DNA from: an uncultured Ignavibacteriales bacterium
Lineage (GTDB): Bacteria > Bacteroidota > Ignavibacteria > Ignavibacteriales > Ignavibacteriaceae
DNA: 64,000 nucleotides
Assembly: GCA_963723205.1 (NCBI GenBank)
Contig: CAVRQC010000006.1
Coordinates: 87,477 to 151,476 of the forward strand
Reading direction: 5' to 3'
Below are positions 47,877-56,201 of the stretch, in pieces. The notes under the pieces were generated by a model. The model was not told where the DNA came from. It ran no database searches and was given only the letters and a program-made list of their open reading frames with translations. The position numbers were made by a program, and so were the translations under genes. The stretch's first letter is position 1. Each line of letters begins with the position of its first letter.

Positions 47877-48305
47877 ATGAATTTAAAACTTTTACAATTT
47901 TTTTCTGATAAAAAACCTTTCAATTTAAAAATTATAATTGCTTCTCTATTTTTAGTATTGTCTGCTATTGCACCTTCATTATTATTCGGAAATGAAATTC
48001 AAATAAATAATACCGATAAAAAAGACCGGACCGTAGAGTTGTCTTCATTTAAATTAGAACAAAATTATCCCAACCCGTTTAATCCAGCAACCCAAATAAT
48101 ATATTATATACCTGTTGAGAGTCATGTAAAATTAAAAGTGTATAATGTCCTTGGTAATGAAGTTGCCACTCTGGTTGATGAAGAAAAACCTGCCGGAGAA
48201 TATTCAGTAAAATTTAATGCATCTGGTTTATCAAGCGGTGTATACATATACAGGCTTCAAACTAACTATTCTACAATTACAAAAAAGATGACATTTCTTA
48301 AATAA
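47877..48305 (+). CDS. T9SS type A C-terminal sorting domain protein with almost no passenger domain
   Basis: 142 aa. A signal/TM segment, a linker of about 20 aa, then FKLEQNYPNPFNPATQIIYYIP...VYNVLGNEVATLVDEEKPAGEYSVKFNASGLSSGVYIYRL, the typical Por-secretion CTD. Confidence 0.75.
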   Translation: MNLKLLQFFSDKKPFNLKIIIASLFLVLSAIAPSLLFGNEIQINNTDKKDRTVELSSFKLEQNYPNPFNPATQIIYYIPVESHVKLKVYNVLGNEVATLVDEEKPAGEYSVKFNASGLSSGVYIYRLQTNYSTITKKMTFLK

Positions 48306-48576
48306 GATTCTTAGTACATAATTCAGAAGATCTTAAAGGATTTTGTTAAGCCTTCCTGCAAGGTTAATTCTATAAAGTCTCCCGAATATAATACTTAACA
48401 CACCTCTCATAAATTCTCAAAAAAACACATTTTAGTGGTATTATTTTTGAAATTTTTAGCAAACATCCGTATCAGCACATAAATTTATTTTGACGAAAGA
48501 TAACTAAAAAGCGGAAAATTAAAACAGAATAATCAATATTAAGAGATAAGAAACTATTAAAGGGAAAAAGTAATAA

Positions 48577-48681
48577 ATGGAATATTTGGTAATATTTGCC
48601 TGTATAATTTTCCTTATTGTACTTTTGAAATCCATTGTGGATGACAGAAAAAGCGACATCTATAAAAGAAATAGTTTATAG
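48577..48681 (+). CDS. candidate 34-aa hydrophobic micro-protein (not in the ORF track)
   Basis: The ATG at 48577 is preceded by AGGGAAAAAG. It translates as MEYLVIFACIIFLIVLLKSIVDDRKSDIYKRNSL*: one TM helix plus a charged tail. Lies 43 nt upstream of the M23 peptidase gene. Confidence 0.2.
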   Translation: MEYLVIFACIIFLIVLLKSIVDDRKSDIYKRNSL

Positions 48682-48723
48682 TACCGGTTAAATGGATTAA
48701 AAAAATCCAACGTAAACAAAAGG

Positions 48724-49629
48724 ATGCTTATGAAAAAAATTTACTATTTCTCTGAAGAAAAAACGCAATTCATTAAAATAAAAAATCTTAAGTCAAAATT
48801 CTATATTATCCTGCCTGTAATAATCATAATATTCGGTTTAACCTTATTTGAAGCCGGGCAATTTTTTGAAACCGGGAATCAAAAAGAGCACGATAATTTA
48901 AAGAAAAAAGTCAATGAAATTTTAACTTTATATAAAAATTTAAATACAGAATTAGACAGCATAGCTTCAAAGAACAATTCTTTAAGAGTAGCTGTTAATC
49001 TTTCACCATTATCAAGAGATGAGATGCAGGTTGGAATCGGCGGCGGCTCCTTTGATAATTCAATAGACTTTTTATCAGGCAATAAAGATATTAAACTTAG
49101 CGAAGCTGTTTCTTTTGTTGATGAAGTATCCAGGAAGCTCTCTTTTGAAAAAGCTCAATTCAACGAAATCAGAGACCAGCTGAAAAACAATCGGGATCTC
49201 TCAGCATGTATTCCTGCTATTAAACCCTGCGGCGGCGATTTATCCGACAGGTTTGGAATGAGAATGCATCCTATTCTTCATCGTTTAAGAATGCACGAGG
49301 GTATCGATATTGTAACTAATACAGGAACCCCTATTCATGTAACCGGAAACGGTATTGTCCAGTTTACCGGGTATAACGGTGGATTTGGATTATCTGTAAT
49401 TGTAAATCATGGTTATGGCTATAGGACTATCTATGCACACTTGTCTAAAGTGAAAGTAAAACGCGGAGCACGATTACACAGAGGAGATATTGTAGGATTA
49501 TCAGGTAGTTCTGGCTTATCGACTGGTCCCCATCTTCATTATGAGGTTCAACATAATGGGGTAAAGCTTAATCCTGAACATTTTTTCTTCAAAAAATTCA
49601 ACTATTTCGTTGATTTAGCTCAGAAATAA
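48724..49629 (+). CDS. M23 family metallopeptidase (peptidoglycan DD-endopeptidase-like) with an N-terminal TM anchor and coiled coil
   Basis: 301 aa. HEGIDI and SGLSTGPHLHYEV zinc-ligand motifs, an N-terminal TM helix and a coiled-coil region, as in EnvC/NlpD-type proteins. Confidence 0.88.
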   Translation: MLMKKIYYFSEEKTQFIKIKNLKSKFYIILPVIIIIFGLTLFEAGQFFETGNQKEHDNLKKKVNEILTLYKNLNTELDSIASKNNSLRVAVNLSPLSRDEMQVGIGGGSFDNSIDFLSGNKDIKLSEAVSFVDEVSRKLSFEKAQFNEIRDQLKNNRDLSACIPAIKPCGGDLSDRFGMRMHPILHRLRMHEGIDIVTNTGTPIHVTGNGIVQFTGYNGGFGLSVIVNHGYGYRTIYAHLSKVKVKRGARLHRGDIVGLSGSSGLSTGPHLHYEVQHNGVKLNPEHFFFKKFNYFVDLAQK

Positions 49630-49651
49630 TAACACCGGAATTTAGATTTTC

Positions 49652-49867
49652 TTAATTGAATTTGTTGTTTATTTCATCTTTACTATCCACATTTCCAACC
49701 ATAATTTGCTCAATACGCCATCTGTCCCTGGAATTAGGAATGTTTTTCGAGTTATTATAGATTTTATATTCACAGGAAGGTTTCCCTTCATTCAGCTTTT
49801 GATGAATAATACTTGTTCTATTATAGATTTCATAATATCCATCATTACCTATAAAACACTTTGGCAT
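49652..49867 (-). CDS. hypothetical protein
   Basis: 71-aa ORF convergent with the M23 gene. No recognisable motif. Confidence 0.3.
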   Translation of the reverse strand: MPKCFIGNDGYYEIYNRTSIIHQKLNEGKPSCEYKIYNNSKNIPNSRDRWRIEQIMVGNVDSKDEINNKFN

Positions 49868-50066
49868 TTAGAACTCCTTTTTTAAATGGATGTTTTCTAT
49901 GGTTGAGACGATTAATATGCCTGTTATAAATGATGATTTTTGAACGTTTTAGCCCACATGCATACCGAAAAATGTTTCAAGGTAAGACTATTTCTTTAGA
50001 AATAACAAACTGTGTAATAGTTAAAATTATAACTGAGAATAAAATGCTGATAAAAACTTAAATGTC

Positions 50067-50456
50067 TTAATAACTGTTTTTTACATTTTCTTCAAAATTT
50101 ATTAAAGCATTTTCAACAGCAGTATGCATTTCATGGGTAGTAAAAGGTTTTAGGAGATAACCGTAAGGTTTGGTAAACGCGGCTCTATCAATAGTCTTTT
50201 CATCTGACAAAGCTGTAAGAAAAACAATTGGTATGTTAAATTTTTGGCTAATTATTTCTGCGGCTTCTATTCCGTCTGTTAATCCTTTTAACATTATATC
50301 CATTAAAATTAAATCGGGTTTATTCTTTTCAACCTGTTTAACGGCATCTTCACCGCTATTAACAACTGCAGTAACTTTGTACCCGATAGATTCCAATGTT
50401 TTTTTAATGTTTAACGCTACGATATTTTCATCTTCAGCTACTAATATCTTTGTCAT
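50067..50456 (-). CDS. single-domain response regulator (CheY-like receiver)
   Basis: 129 aa. ILVAEDE acidic pocket, phospho-acceptor DLILMDIML, LTAL and YLLKPF. Confidence 0.88.
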   Translation of the reverse strand: MTKILVAEDENIVALNIKKTLESIGYKVTAVVNSGEDAVKQVEKNKPDLILMDIMLKGLTDGIEAAEIISQKFNIPIVFLTALSDEKTIDRAAFTKPYGYLLKPFTTHEMHTAVENALINFEENVKNSY

Positions 50457-50809
50457 AAATACCTCATTCTTTGTTCATTTAATTAAAAACCAGAATGAAT
50501 ACTAAAGAAAACACAAAAACCCGGCCAATTTTTATTTCAAAATAAATAAATCATTAATAGATTAAAAATAAAATCGCTAACTCCTAGATGAATATCACTT
50601 TTGAATTATTTGCCCAGCAATAGTGTTAATTCGCACATTTTACTAATATTTTTTGTTGAGACCGAATAGAAGAGATTAACTGATTCGACAAAATGTACGC
50701 ATAAAATAGACCAAAAGGTCGTTTTTATACTAATACGGTATACCCAATATCTTCAAAAATTTTTCGTAAATTTGAAGAAATTTTAATCTTATTTATTTAT
50801 GGAATATAG

Positions 50810-51787
50810 TTGCTCGAAAAAGTAAGAAAAAATATCCTCATTTTATTATCATTCTCTATTCTATTTTATATTATACTAACCATTTACGGTAATTTTAATA
50901 GTGTACTTCGGTCATTCGAACATTTTAATTTTTTTCTTCTCCCGGTATTACTCACTCTTTCTTTTTTAACTTTTTTTACCAGATTTTATAAGTGGCACTA
51001 TTATATACGTTTATTAAAAATAAACCTCTCTTACCGTGAATCATTTATAATTTTTATGTCCAGCTTAATAATGCTTGCAACACCCGGTGCATTAGGAGAG
51101 TTATTTAAATCATATTTAGTAAAACAAATAACCGGAGAACAAATAAGTAAAACAGCACCAATAATTTTTTCAGAAAGGATAACCGATTTTATTTCGGTAA
51201 TATTTATTGCACTAGCAGGGGCAATATTATATAATTATGGAATTTTTATAATGACTCTCCTGATAATTATTTTTTTGGTCCTGATTATTTTTATTAGTAA
51301 TAAAAAGGTCTCAATAAAATTTATAAGTCTTTTGTCCAGTATTAAGTTTTTACATAAATATTTGTCAAAAATAAATATTGCTTATGAAAGCTTTCACTCG
51401 ATGTTGAAAGGGAAATCTCTTTTTCTTATGCTTATTATTAGTATAATATCCTGGTCATTTGAGTGTCTTAGTTTTTATATTATATTAAAATCATTAGGCT
51501 TAACTATAACTGTAATGTGGGCAGGATTTGTATATGCTTTTGGAACAATTATCGGTTCTTTAACAATGCTGCCCGGTGGTGTCGGAGTAACCGATGGTTC
51601 ATTTGTTTTTTTAATAGTTCAAAAAGGATTCTCAAAAGATGTAGCTGTTGCTTCAACTTTTATAATCAGGGCAGTTACACTATGGTTTGCAGTTGGTGTT
51701 GGTGCAATCTTCATTTTCTTTTACAAAAGCTGGTTTTCTGATTTATATAACGGTTATAATATTTTAAGTCTGGACAATGATGAATAG
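50810..51787 (+). CDS. UPF0104 / lysyl-phosphatidylglycerol-synthase-TM-like (flippase-like) integral membrane protein
   Basis: 325 aa with a TTG start and about 8 TM helices. C-terminal LPGGVGVTDGSFVFL motif, as in PF03706-type proteins. Confidence 0.65.
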   Translation: MLEKVRKNILILLSFSILFYIILTIYGNFNSVLRSFEHFNFFLLPVLLTLSFLTFFTRFYKWHYYIRLLKINLSYRESFIIFMSSLIMLATPGALGELFKSYLVKQITGEQISKTAPIIFSERITDFISVIFIALAGAILYNYGIFIMTLLIIIFLVLIIFISNKKVSIKFISLLSSIKFLHKYLSKINIAYESFHSMLKGKSLFLMLIISIISWSFECLSFYIILKSLGLTITVMWAGFVYAFGTIIGSLTMLPGGVGVTDGSFVFLIVQKGFSKDVAVASTFIIRAVTLWFAVGVGAIFIFFYKSWFSDLYNGYNILSLDNDE

Positions 51788-52817
51788 ACATGTATTTGAA
51801 TTTTATCTTTCCATTTGGCAAAGAATCCCGATAAATATCCAGAATAAAATTTCGGAATGGCTTAAGTACAGATTCAATCCTAATACCCTTAATCCGAAAC
51901 TACCGAATGCTGCGGTTATAGATCCAATAAATATTTGTAATCTTGATTGTCCTCTCTGTGCATCAAAAAATCAAAATTATGAAAAAGGGAAAATGTCCTT
52001 TGATACATTCAAAATGGTCCTCGATAAAATCCCGTCGTTAAGAGTTCTGGTTCTGTTTAATTGGGGCGAACCTCTACTGCATCATGAAATTTTCAACATT
52101 ATAAAAGAATCGGTTTCCCGGAATATTTATACTATTACTCATACTAATTTAAGCTTTAAGCAAAAACCCGAATTTTTCGAAGAATTAATAAATTCTGGAC
52201 TCCACCAGCTTGTAATTTCTGCTGACGGTGCCTCTCAAGAGACTTATGAAAAGTACAGGGTAAAGGGCCGCTTTGATTGGATAACTGAGAATATTAAAAT
52301 GGCAGTCAATGCAAAGAAGAAATTAAAGAAGAGGGATCCGAAAATAGTCTGGAAATTTATTGTTAATAAATTTAACGAGCACGAAATAGACTATGCAAAA
52401 AAATTAGCAAAAGAATTGGGTATTAAAATTTCATTTGACAAAATGGGATTGGCCGATGATATACCCGATTTAACTTTTGCCGGAACTCTTGATGAAAGAA
52501 AGAAGCAATGGCTTCCTGAAAATCAAGAATATGTTATGGATTTTTATAAAAACGGGGAAAAGTTCCCGATTAATAACAAACCGTGCAACCAGCTCTTTAC
52601 TTCAACAGTTATTAATCCTGATGGAAAAGTTACACCTTGCTGCTGGGTTACGAGTAAAGAAAATGTCTGGGGAGATTTGACTAAAGAATCGTTTGAGGAG
52701 ATATGGAATAATGAAAAATACAGATATTCAAGAAGCTTATTCAATAAGCTAAATTATGATGGGGAAACTAACTATACTGTTTGCACAAAGTGTGAAATAT
52801 TCAAAAGAATTCGATAA
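51777..52817 (+). CDS. radical SAM enzyme with a SPASM/twitch-like C-terminal Cys cluster
   Basis: 346 aa. CNLDCPLC (CX3CX2C), NWGEPLL, C-terminal CNQLFTSTVINPDGKVTPCC and CTKCE. Overlaps the preceding gene by 11 nt. Confidence 0.85.
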   Translation: MMNRHVFEFYLSIWQRIPINIQNKISEWLKYRFNPNTLNPKLPNAAVIDPINICNLDCPLCASKNQNYEKGKMSFDTFKMVLDKIPSLRVLVLFNWGEPLLHHEIFNIIKESVSRNIYTITHTNLSFKQKPEFFEELINSGLHQLVISADGASQETYEKYRVKGRFDWITENIKMAVNAKKKLKKRDPKIVWKFIVNKFNEHEIDYAKKLAKELGIKISFDKMGLADDIPDLTFAGTLDERKKQWLPENQEYVMDFYKNGEKFPINNKPCNQLFTSTVINPDGKVTPCCWVTSKENVWGDLTKESFEEIWNNEKYRYSRSLFNKLNYDGETNYTVCTKCEIFKRIR

Positions 52818-52832
52818 CAGCAGAATATTTAA

Positions 52833-53255
52833 CTAAGAAAACATTCCGGATAGCCATTCTATTTCCCTAAAAATATTTTCAACTTTTTCCGGGTTAACAA
52901 CCGTAAAACCGGATCTTATCCGCTGATTATTATAAGTTATGAAAAATATTTCTTTTCTTGATGGTCTTGAAAAATCAAGTGGATACCAGCACAAAAAATT
53001 ACCTGTTCCCCAGATTCTCCATTTACCATTTATTAATGTTGGTTCTTTTATTTCAATTTTTTCAATGTCTTTAAATAAAATATTTTTTGAACCAAAAGGG
53101 AAATAGTAATTTTTTGGTCTAATCGAATCGTCTCTGATTTCAACCAAATTATCTTTATATAATATTTCTTCTTTCATTTCAATTAAATTTTTAATTTTTT
53201 TACATAAAAAATTTCTATCCAAATAAACATTTCTTAGAATTAAACTCAATATCAT
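52833..53255 (-). CDS. hypothetical protein
   Basis: 140-aa ORF. The likely real start is the internal ATG at 53177 (MKEEILYKDNLVEI...). No confident family assignment. Confidence 0.4.
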   Translation of the reverse strand: MILSLILRNVYLDRNFLCKKIKNLIEMKEEILYKDNLVEIRDDSIRPKNYYFPFGSKNILFKDIEKIEIKEPTLINGKWRIWGTGNFLCWYPLDFSRPSRKEIFFITYNNQRIRSGFTVVNPEKVENIFREIEWLSGMFS

Positions 53256-53339
53256 TCATATTAACGAATAGTATTATTTGTTATTCTTGATTAATTTTAT
53301 ATAAATTCTTTATTTCCAAGTTTAATTTTGGAGGGGAAA

Positions 53340-54800
53340 ATGACCTCATTAAAAAAAATTACGATAATTGTTATCTTAATTATTTTCACTGGTTTTGGAT
53401 ATGCAATGCAAAATAATACCAAAGCCACTAAAGCAGATACATCATATAATGGAATCTGGCAGGGGATGCTCGATTTAGGCGGTGAAAATAATTTAAGTAT
53501 TGTCTTTCATATTTCGGATGGAGCAGATTCCTTAACTGGAGCATTAGATAGTCCCGATCAAGGTGCCTTTGGTATACCCGTTACTTCCATAGAAATTTCC
53601 TCCGACAGTATCAGGTTAAATGTCCAAGCATTGAATGGATATTACTTAGGGGAACTTCAAAAGGATAGTTTAAAAATATCAGGTATATGGAATCAAAACG
53701 GAATGTCATTTCCTTTGATCTTAAAGAAAACGAATAAAGTTGAAGAAGTTAAAAGGCCGCAGGAGCCGAAAAAACCTTATCCTTATAAAGAAGAAGAAGT
53801 TAAATTCCAAAACAAAGAAGCAGATATTACTCTTGCAGGTACTTTAACGTTACCTGAATCAGGGAATAATTTTCCAGCTGTAGTTCTTATTACCGGTTCT
53901 GGTTCTCAGGATAGAAACGAAACAATTATGAACCACAAACCTTTTTTAGTGTTAGCCAATTATTTAACACGAAGAGGAATTGCTGTTCTGCGTTATGATG
54001 ACAGAGGTTTTGGAGAATCCGGTGGAAAATTCAGCACTGCAACAACTCAGGATTTTGTTACCGATGCGCTATCCGCGGTTGATTATCTCTTATCAAGAAA
54101 AGAAGTAAATCCGAAAGAGATTGGATTAATCGGTCATAGTGAAGGAGGCTTAATTGCACCTTTAGCTGCTGTTAAATCAGATAAAGTGGATTTTATAGTG
54201 TTAATGGCTGGTCCCGGCTTACCAGGCGAAGATATTCTAAAAATGCAGTCGGATCTTATTCTGAAAGCAAACGGTGCAGCTGAGGACTATATACGAAAAA
54301 CCGAAGCTCTTAACAATGCAGCCTATACACTTATTAAAACAGAAAAAGACAGTATAAAATTACGGAAAAAATTAGATAGTCTGTTTAATAATTATATAAA
54401 TAGTTTTCCGGAGAATGAGAGAGCGAAGCTTGGCAAGGATCCGGAAAAGATTTTTGAATCCCAAATTAATTTTATTACTTCACCCTGGTTTAAATATTTT
54501 TTAACTTATGATCCTAGACCAACCTTAAATAAAGTTAAAGTTCCGGTACTGGCAATATATGGTTCTAAAGATTTACAGGTTCCGCCTAAGGAAGATTTGG
54601 AAGCTGTTTCAAAAGCTTTAAACGAAGGAGGAAATAAATATTTTAAGGTAGAAGAACTGCCGGGCTTAAATCATTTATTCCAGACAGCAAATACCGGATC
54701 ACCGGCTGAATATGCTAAAATTGAAGAGACTATCGCACCAAAAGCATTGAATGTAATTGGAGATTGGATACTAAAAACAGTAAATAAAGGGAAATATTAA
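53340..54800 (+). CDS. secreted alpha/beta hydrolase
   Basis: GGAGGGG Shine-Dalgarno 4 nt upstream of the ATG at 53340 (the ORF track starts at TTG 53328). Signal peptide, nucleophile elbow GHSEGG, and a late DLQVP...NHLF consistent with the Asp/His of a catalytic triad. Confidence 0.8.
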   Translation: MTSLKKITIIVILIIFTGFGYAMQNNTKATKADTSYNGIWQGMLDLGGENNLSIVFHISDGADSLTGALDSPDQGAFGIPVTSIEISSDSIRLNVQALNGYYLGELQKDSLKISGIWNQNGMSFPLILKKTNKVEEVKRPQEPKKPYPYKEEEVKFQNKEADITLAGTLTLPESGNNFPAVVLITGSGSQDRNETIMNHKPFLVLANYLTRRGIAVLRYDDRGFGESGGKFSTATTQDFVTDALSAVDYLLSRKEVNPKEIGLIGHSEGGLIAPLAAVKSDKVDFIVLMAGPGLPGEDILKMQSDLILKANGAAEDYIRKTEALNNAAYTLIKTEKDSIKLRKKLDSLFNNYINSFPENERAKLGKDPEKIFESQINFITSPWFKYFLTYDPRPTLNKVKVPVLAIYGSKDLQVPPKEDLEAVSKALNEGGNKYFKVEELPGLNHLFQTANTGSPAEYAKIEETIAPKALNVIGDWILKTVNKGKY

Positions 54801-54969
54801 TCCAAGAAAAAAGAAGATTTTATAAAAAAAACAGTCGGAAGTAATTTAATCCGTGTAACTTTCTTGAAATTTATTGGTGCAGCTAACATTTTGTTTTCTT
54901 TTACATACTTACATTGATTCAGGATTAAAAGAAAATTAAATTCAGTTTCTTTATAAATAAATAATACAA

Positions 54970-55611
54970 TTATTTTTTCAATAATTTAAAAGCATGAGCC
55001 CAGCTGTTGAATTTAGCTCCATAATGAACCCACAGCATTGTCAAGGTTTCAAGCCAGATTGCTTCAGATAAATCTCCCATGTCAATTATACTTGTCCATC
55101 CAAGTTGTTTTGTTAACAATGTTACCTTTTCTTTTGCTTCTTTATCGTTCCCGGCAATAAAAAAATCGGGAACTCCCTCTTCATATTTCGGATTAATCAT
55201 TGTATATGCATTAACTGTATTAAATGCTTTAACTACTTTAGCATCCGGAAGCCACATTTGAACATGCTGAGCACCGGAATTATCAAATGGGACAGCAATT
55301 TTAGGAGGCATCCCCCCGGAGAAATCCAGAGGATTAGTTACATCAATCAAAATTTTACCGGAAAAATTTTCTTTGCCGGCGAGATTTATCGCGTTTTCTG
55401 TACCCGACCATGCAGTAGCAAGTATTATAATTTCTCCGAATTTTGCTGCTTCTTCATTGCTTCCAGTAGAAGCTTTTGCATCGGCATTTTTTTGCCAATC
55501 ATTTAATTTTGATTTGTCGCGCGTTCCAATCTTTACTTCAGTACCGATCCTGGTAAATCCTATGCCTAATTGCTGACCTACTGTCCCTGAACCAATTATT
55601 CCGATTTTCAT
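54970..55611 (-). CDS. NAD(P)-binding oxidoreductase (NADPH-dependent F420 reductase-like fold)
   Basis: 213 aa. N-terminal Rossmann motif MKIGIIGSGTVGQQLG. Size and layout match Npd/F420_oxidored-family proteins. Confidence 0.65.
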   Translation of the reverse strand: MKIGIIGSGTVGQQLGIGFTRIGTEVKIGTRDKSKLNDWQKNADAKASTGSNEEAAKFGEIIILATAWSGTENAINLAGKENFSGKILIDVTNPLDFSGGMPPKIAVPFDNSGAQHVQMWLPDAKVVKAFNTVNAYTMINPKYEEGVPDFFIAGNDKEAKEKVTLLTKQLGWTSIIDMGDLSEAIWLETLTMLWVHYGAKFNSWAHAFKLLKK

Positions 55612-55801
55612 TATAGCTCTCCTTAAAATTTTTATTCCGCTTTAAACTGACAGCAATAATAATATAACATCAGGTAATTTTATGTGTTTTAAATATCACG
55701 AAAAGCAGTAATGAACCATTTTAAGAAAGAATTTGAGAAGAAATTAATGTTCTTAAAAAGATAAAAAATCTTTTTACATTAGGCGGGTTTTAGTTGCAGT
55801 T

Positions 55802-56002
55802 TTAGTTAATTGAATATCTTTGATTCTTTTTTTTGCTTAAGAATACAGTCTTTTCAGAATCGTCTGATTTTTCATTCACTTCGTCTTGAATTTTCATTCT
55901 ATTCAATTCTTTTAAATCATCAAACTCAAAAATATTCCGGGCATCAAAATCATCAATATTTTTATTGTAACTTTCAAATTCTCTTTCCATGTCCATCCTC
56001 AA
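55802..56002 (-). CDS. hypothetical small acidic protein
   Basis: 66-aa ORF in an intergenic gap. No motif recognised. An opposite-strand ORF of equal size makes the call uncertain. Confidence 0.25.
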   Translation of the reverse strand: MRMDMEREFESYNKNIDDFDARNIFEFDDLKELNRMKIQDEVNEKSDDSEKTVFLSKKKNQRYSIN

Positions 56003-56201
56003 CCGATTTTTGATTTTCTATATAATTACTATATTAAATAGTTTCAAAAAGAGTACCAATCACAATATTGTTGAATCAGGGAGAATTAGTGCAAAAAATT
56101 AGTACTTAAAATTTCGTTCAAAAACGAAAATTATTTTTCAAAATTTTACCTAGTTTTAGTATGTTTTTAATTAATTGTTTTAAAAATTAAACAGGTATTA
56201 T

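Noticed and set aside
50693-50726. Mini-ORF ATG-TAC-GCA-TAA followed by GACCaaaaGGTC and TTTTT, considered as a leader peptide or attenuator
   Set aside because: The stem is only 4 bp and the ORF only 3 codons. That is too weak to distinguish from chance in AT-rich sequence.
51517-51741. 74-aa plus-strand ORF overlapping the 3' part of the UPF0104 gene in another frame, and ORFs 52477-52680 (+) and 52544-52744 (-) inside the radical SAM gene
   Set aside because: These are alternative-frame ORFs inside well-supported genes. The Cys/Arg-rich translations are frame artefacts with no independent start signals.
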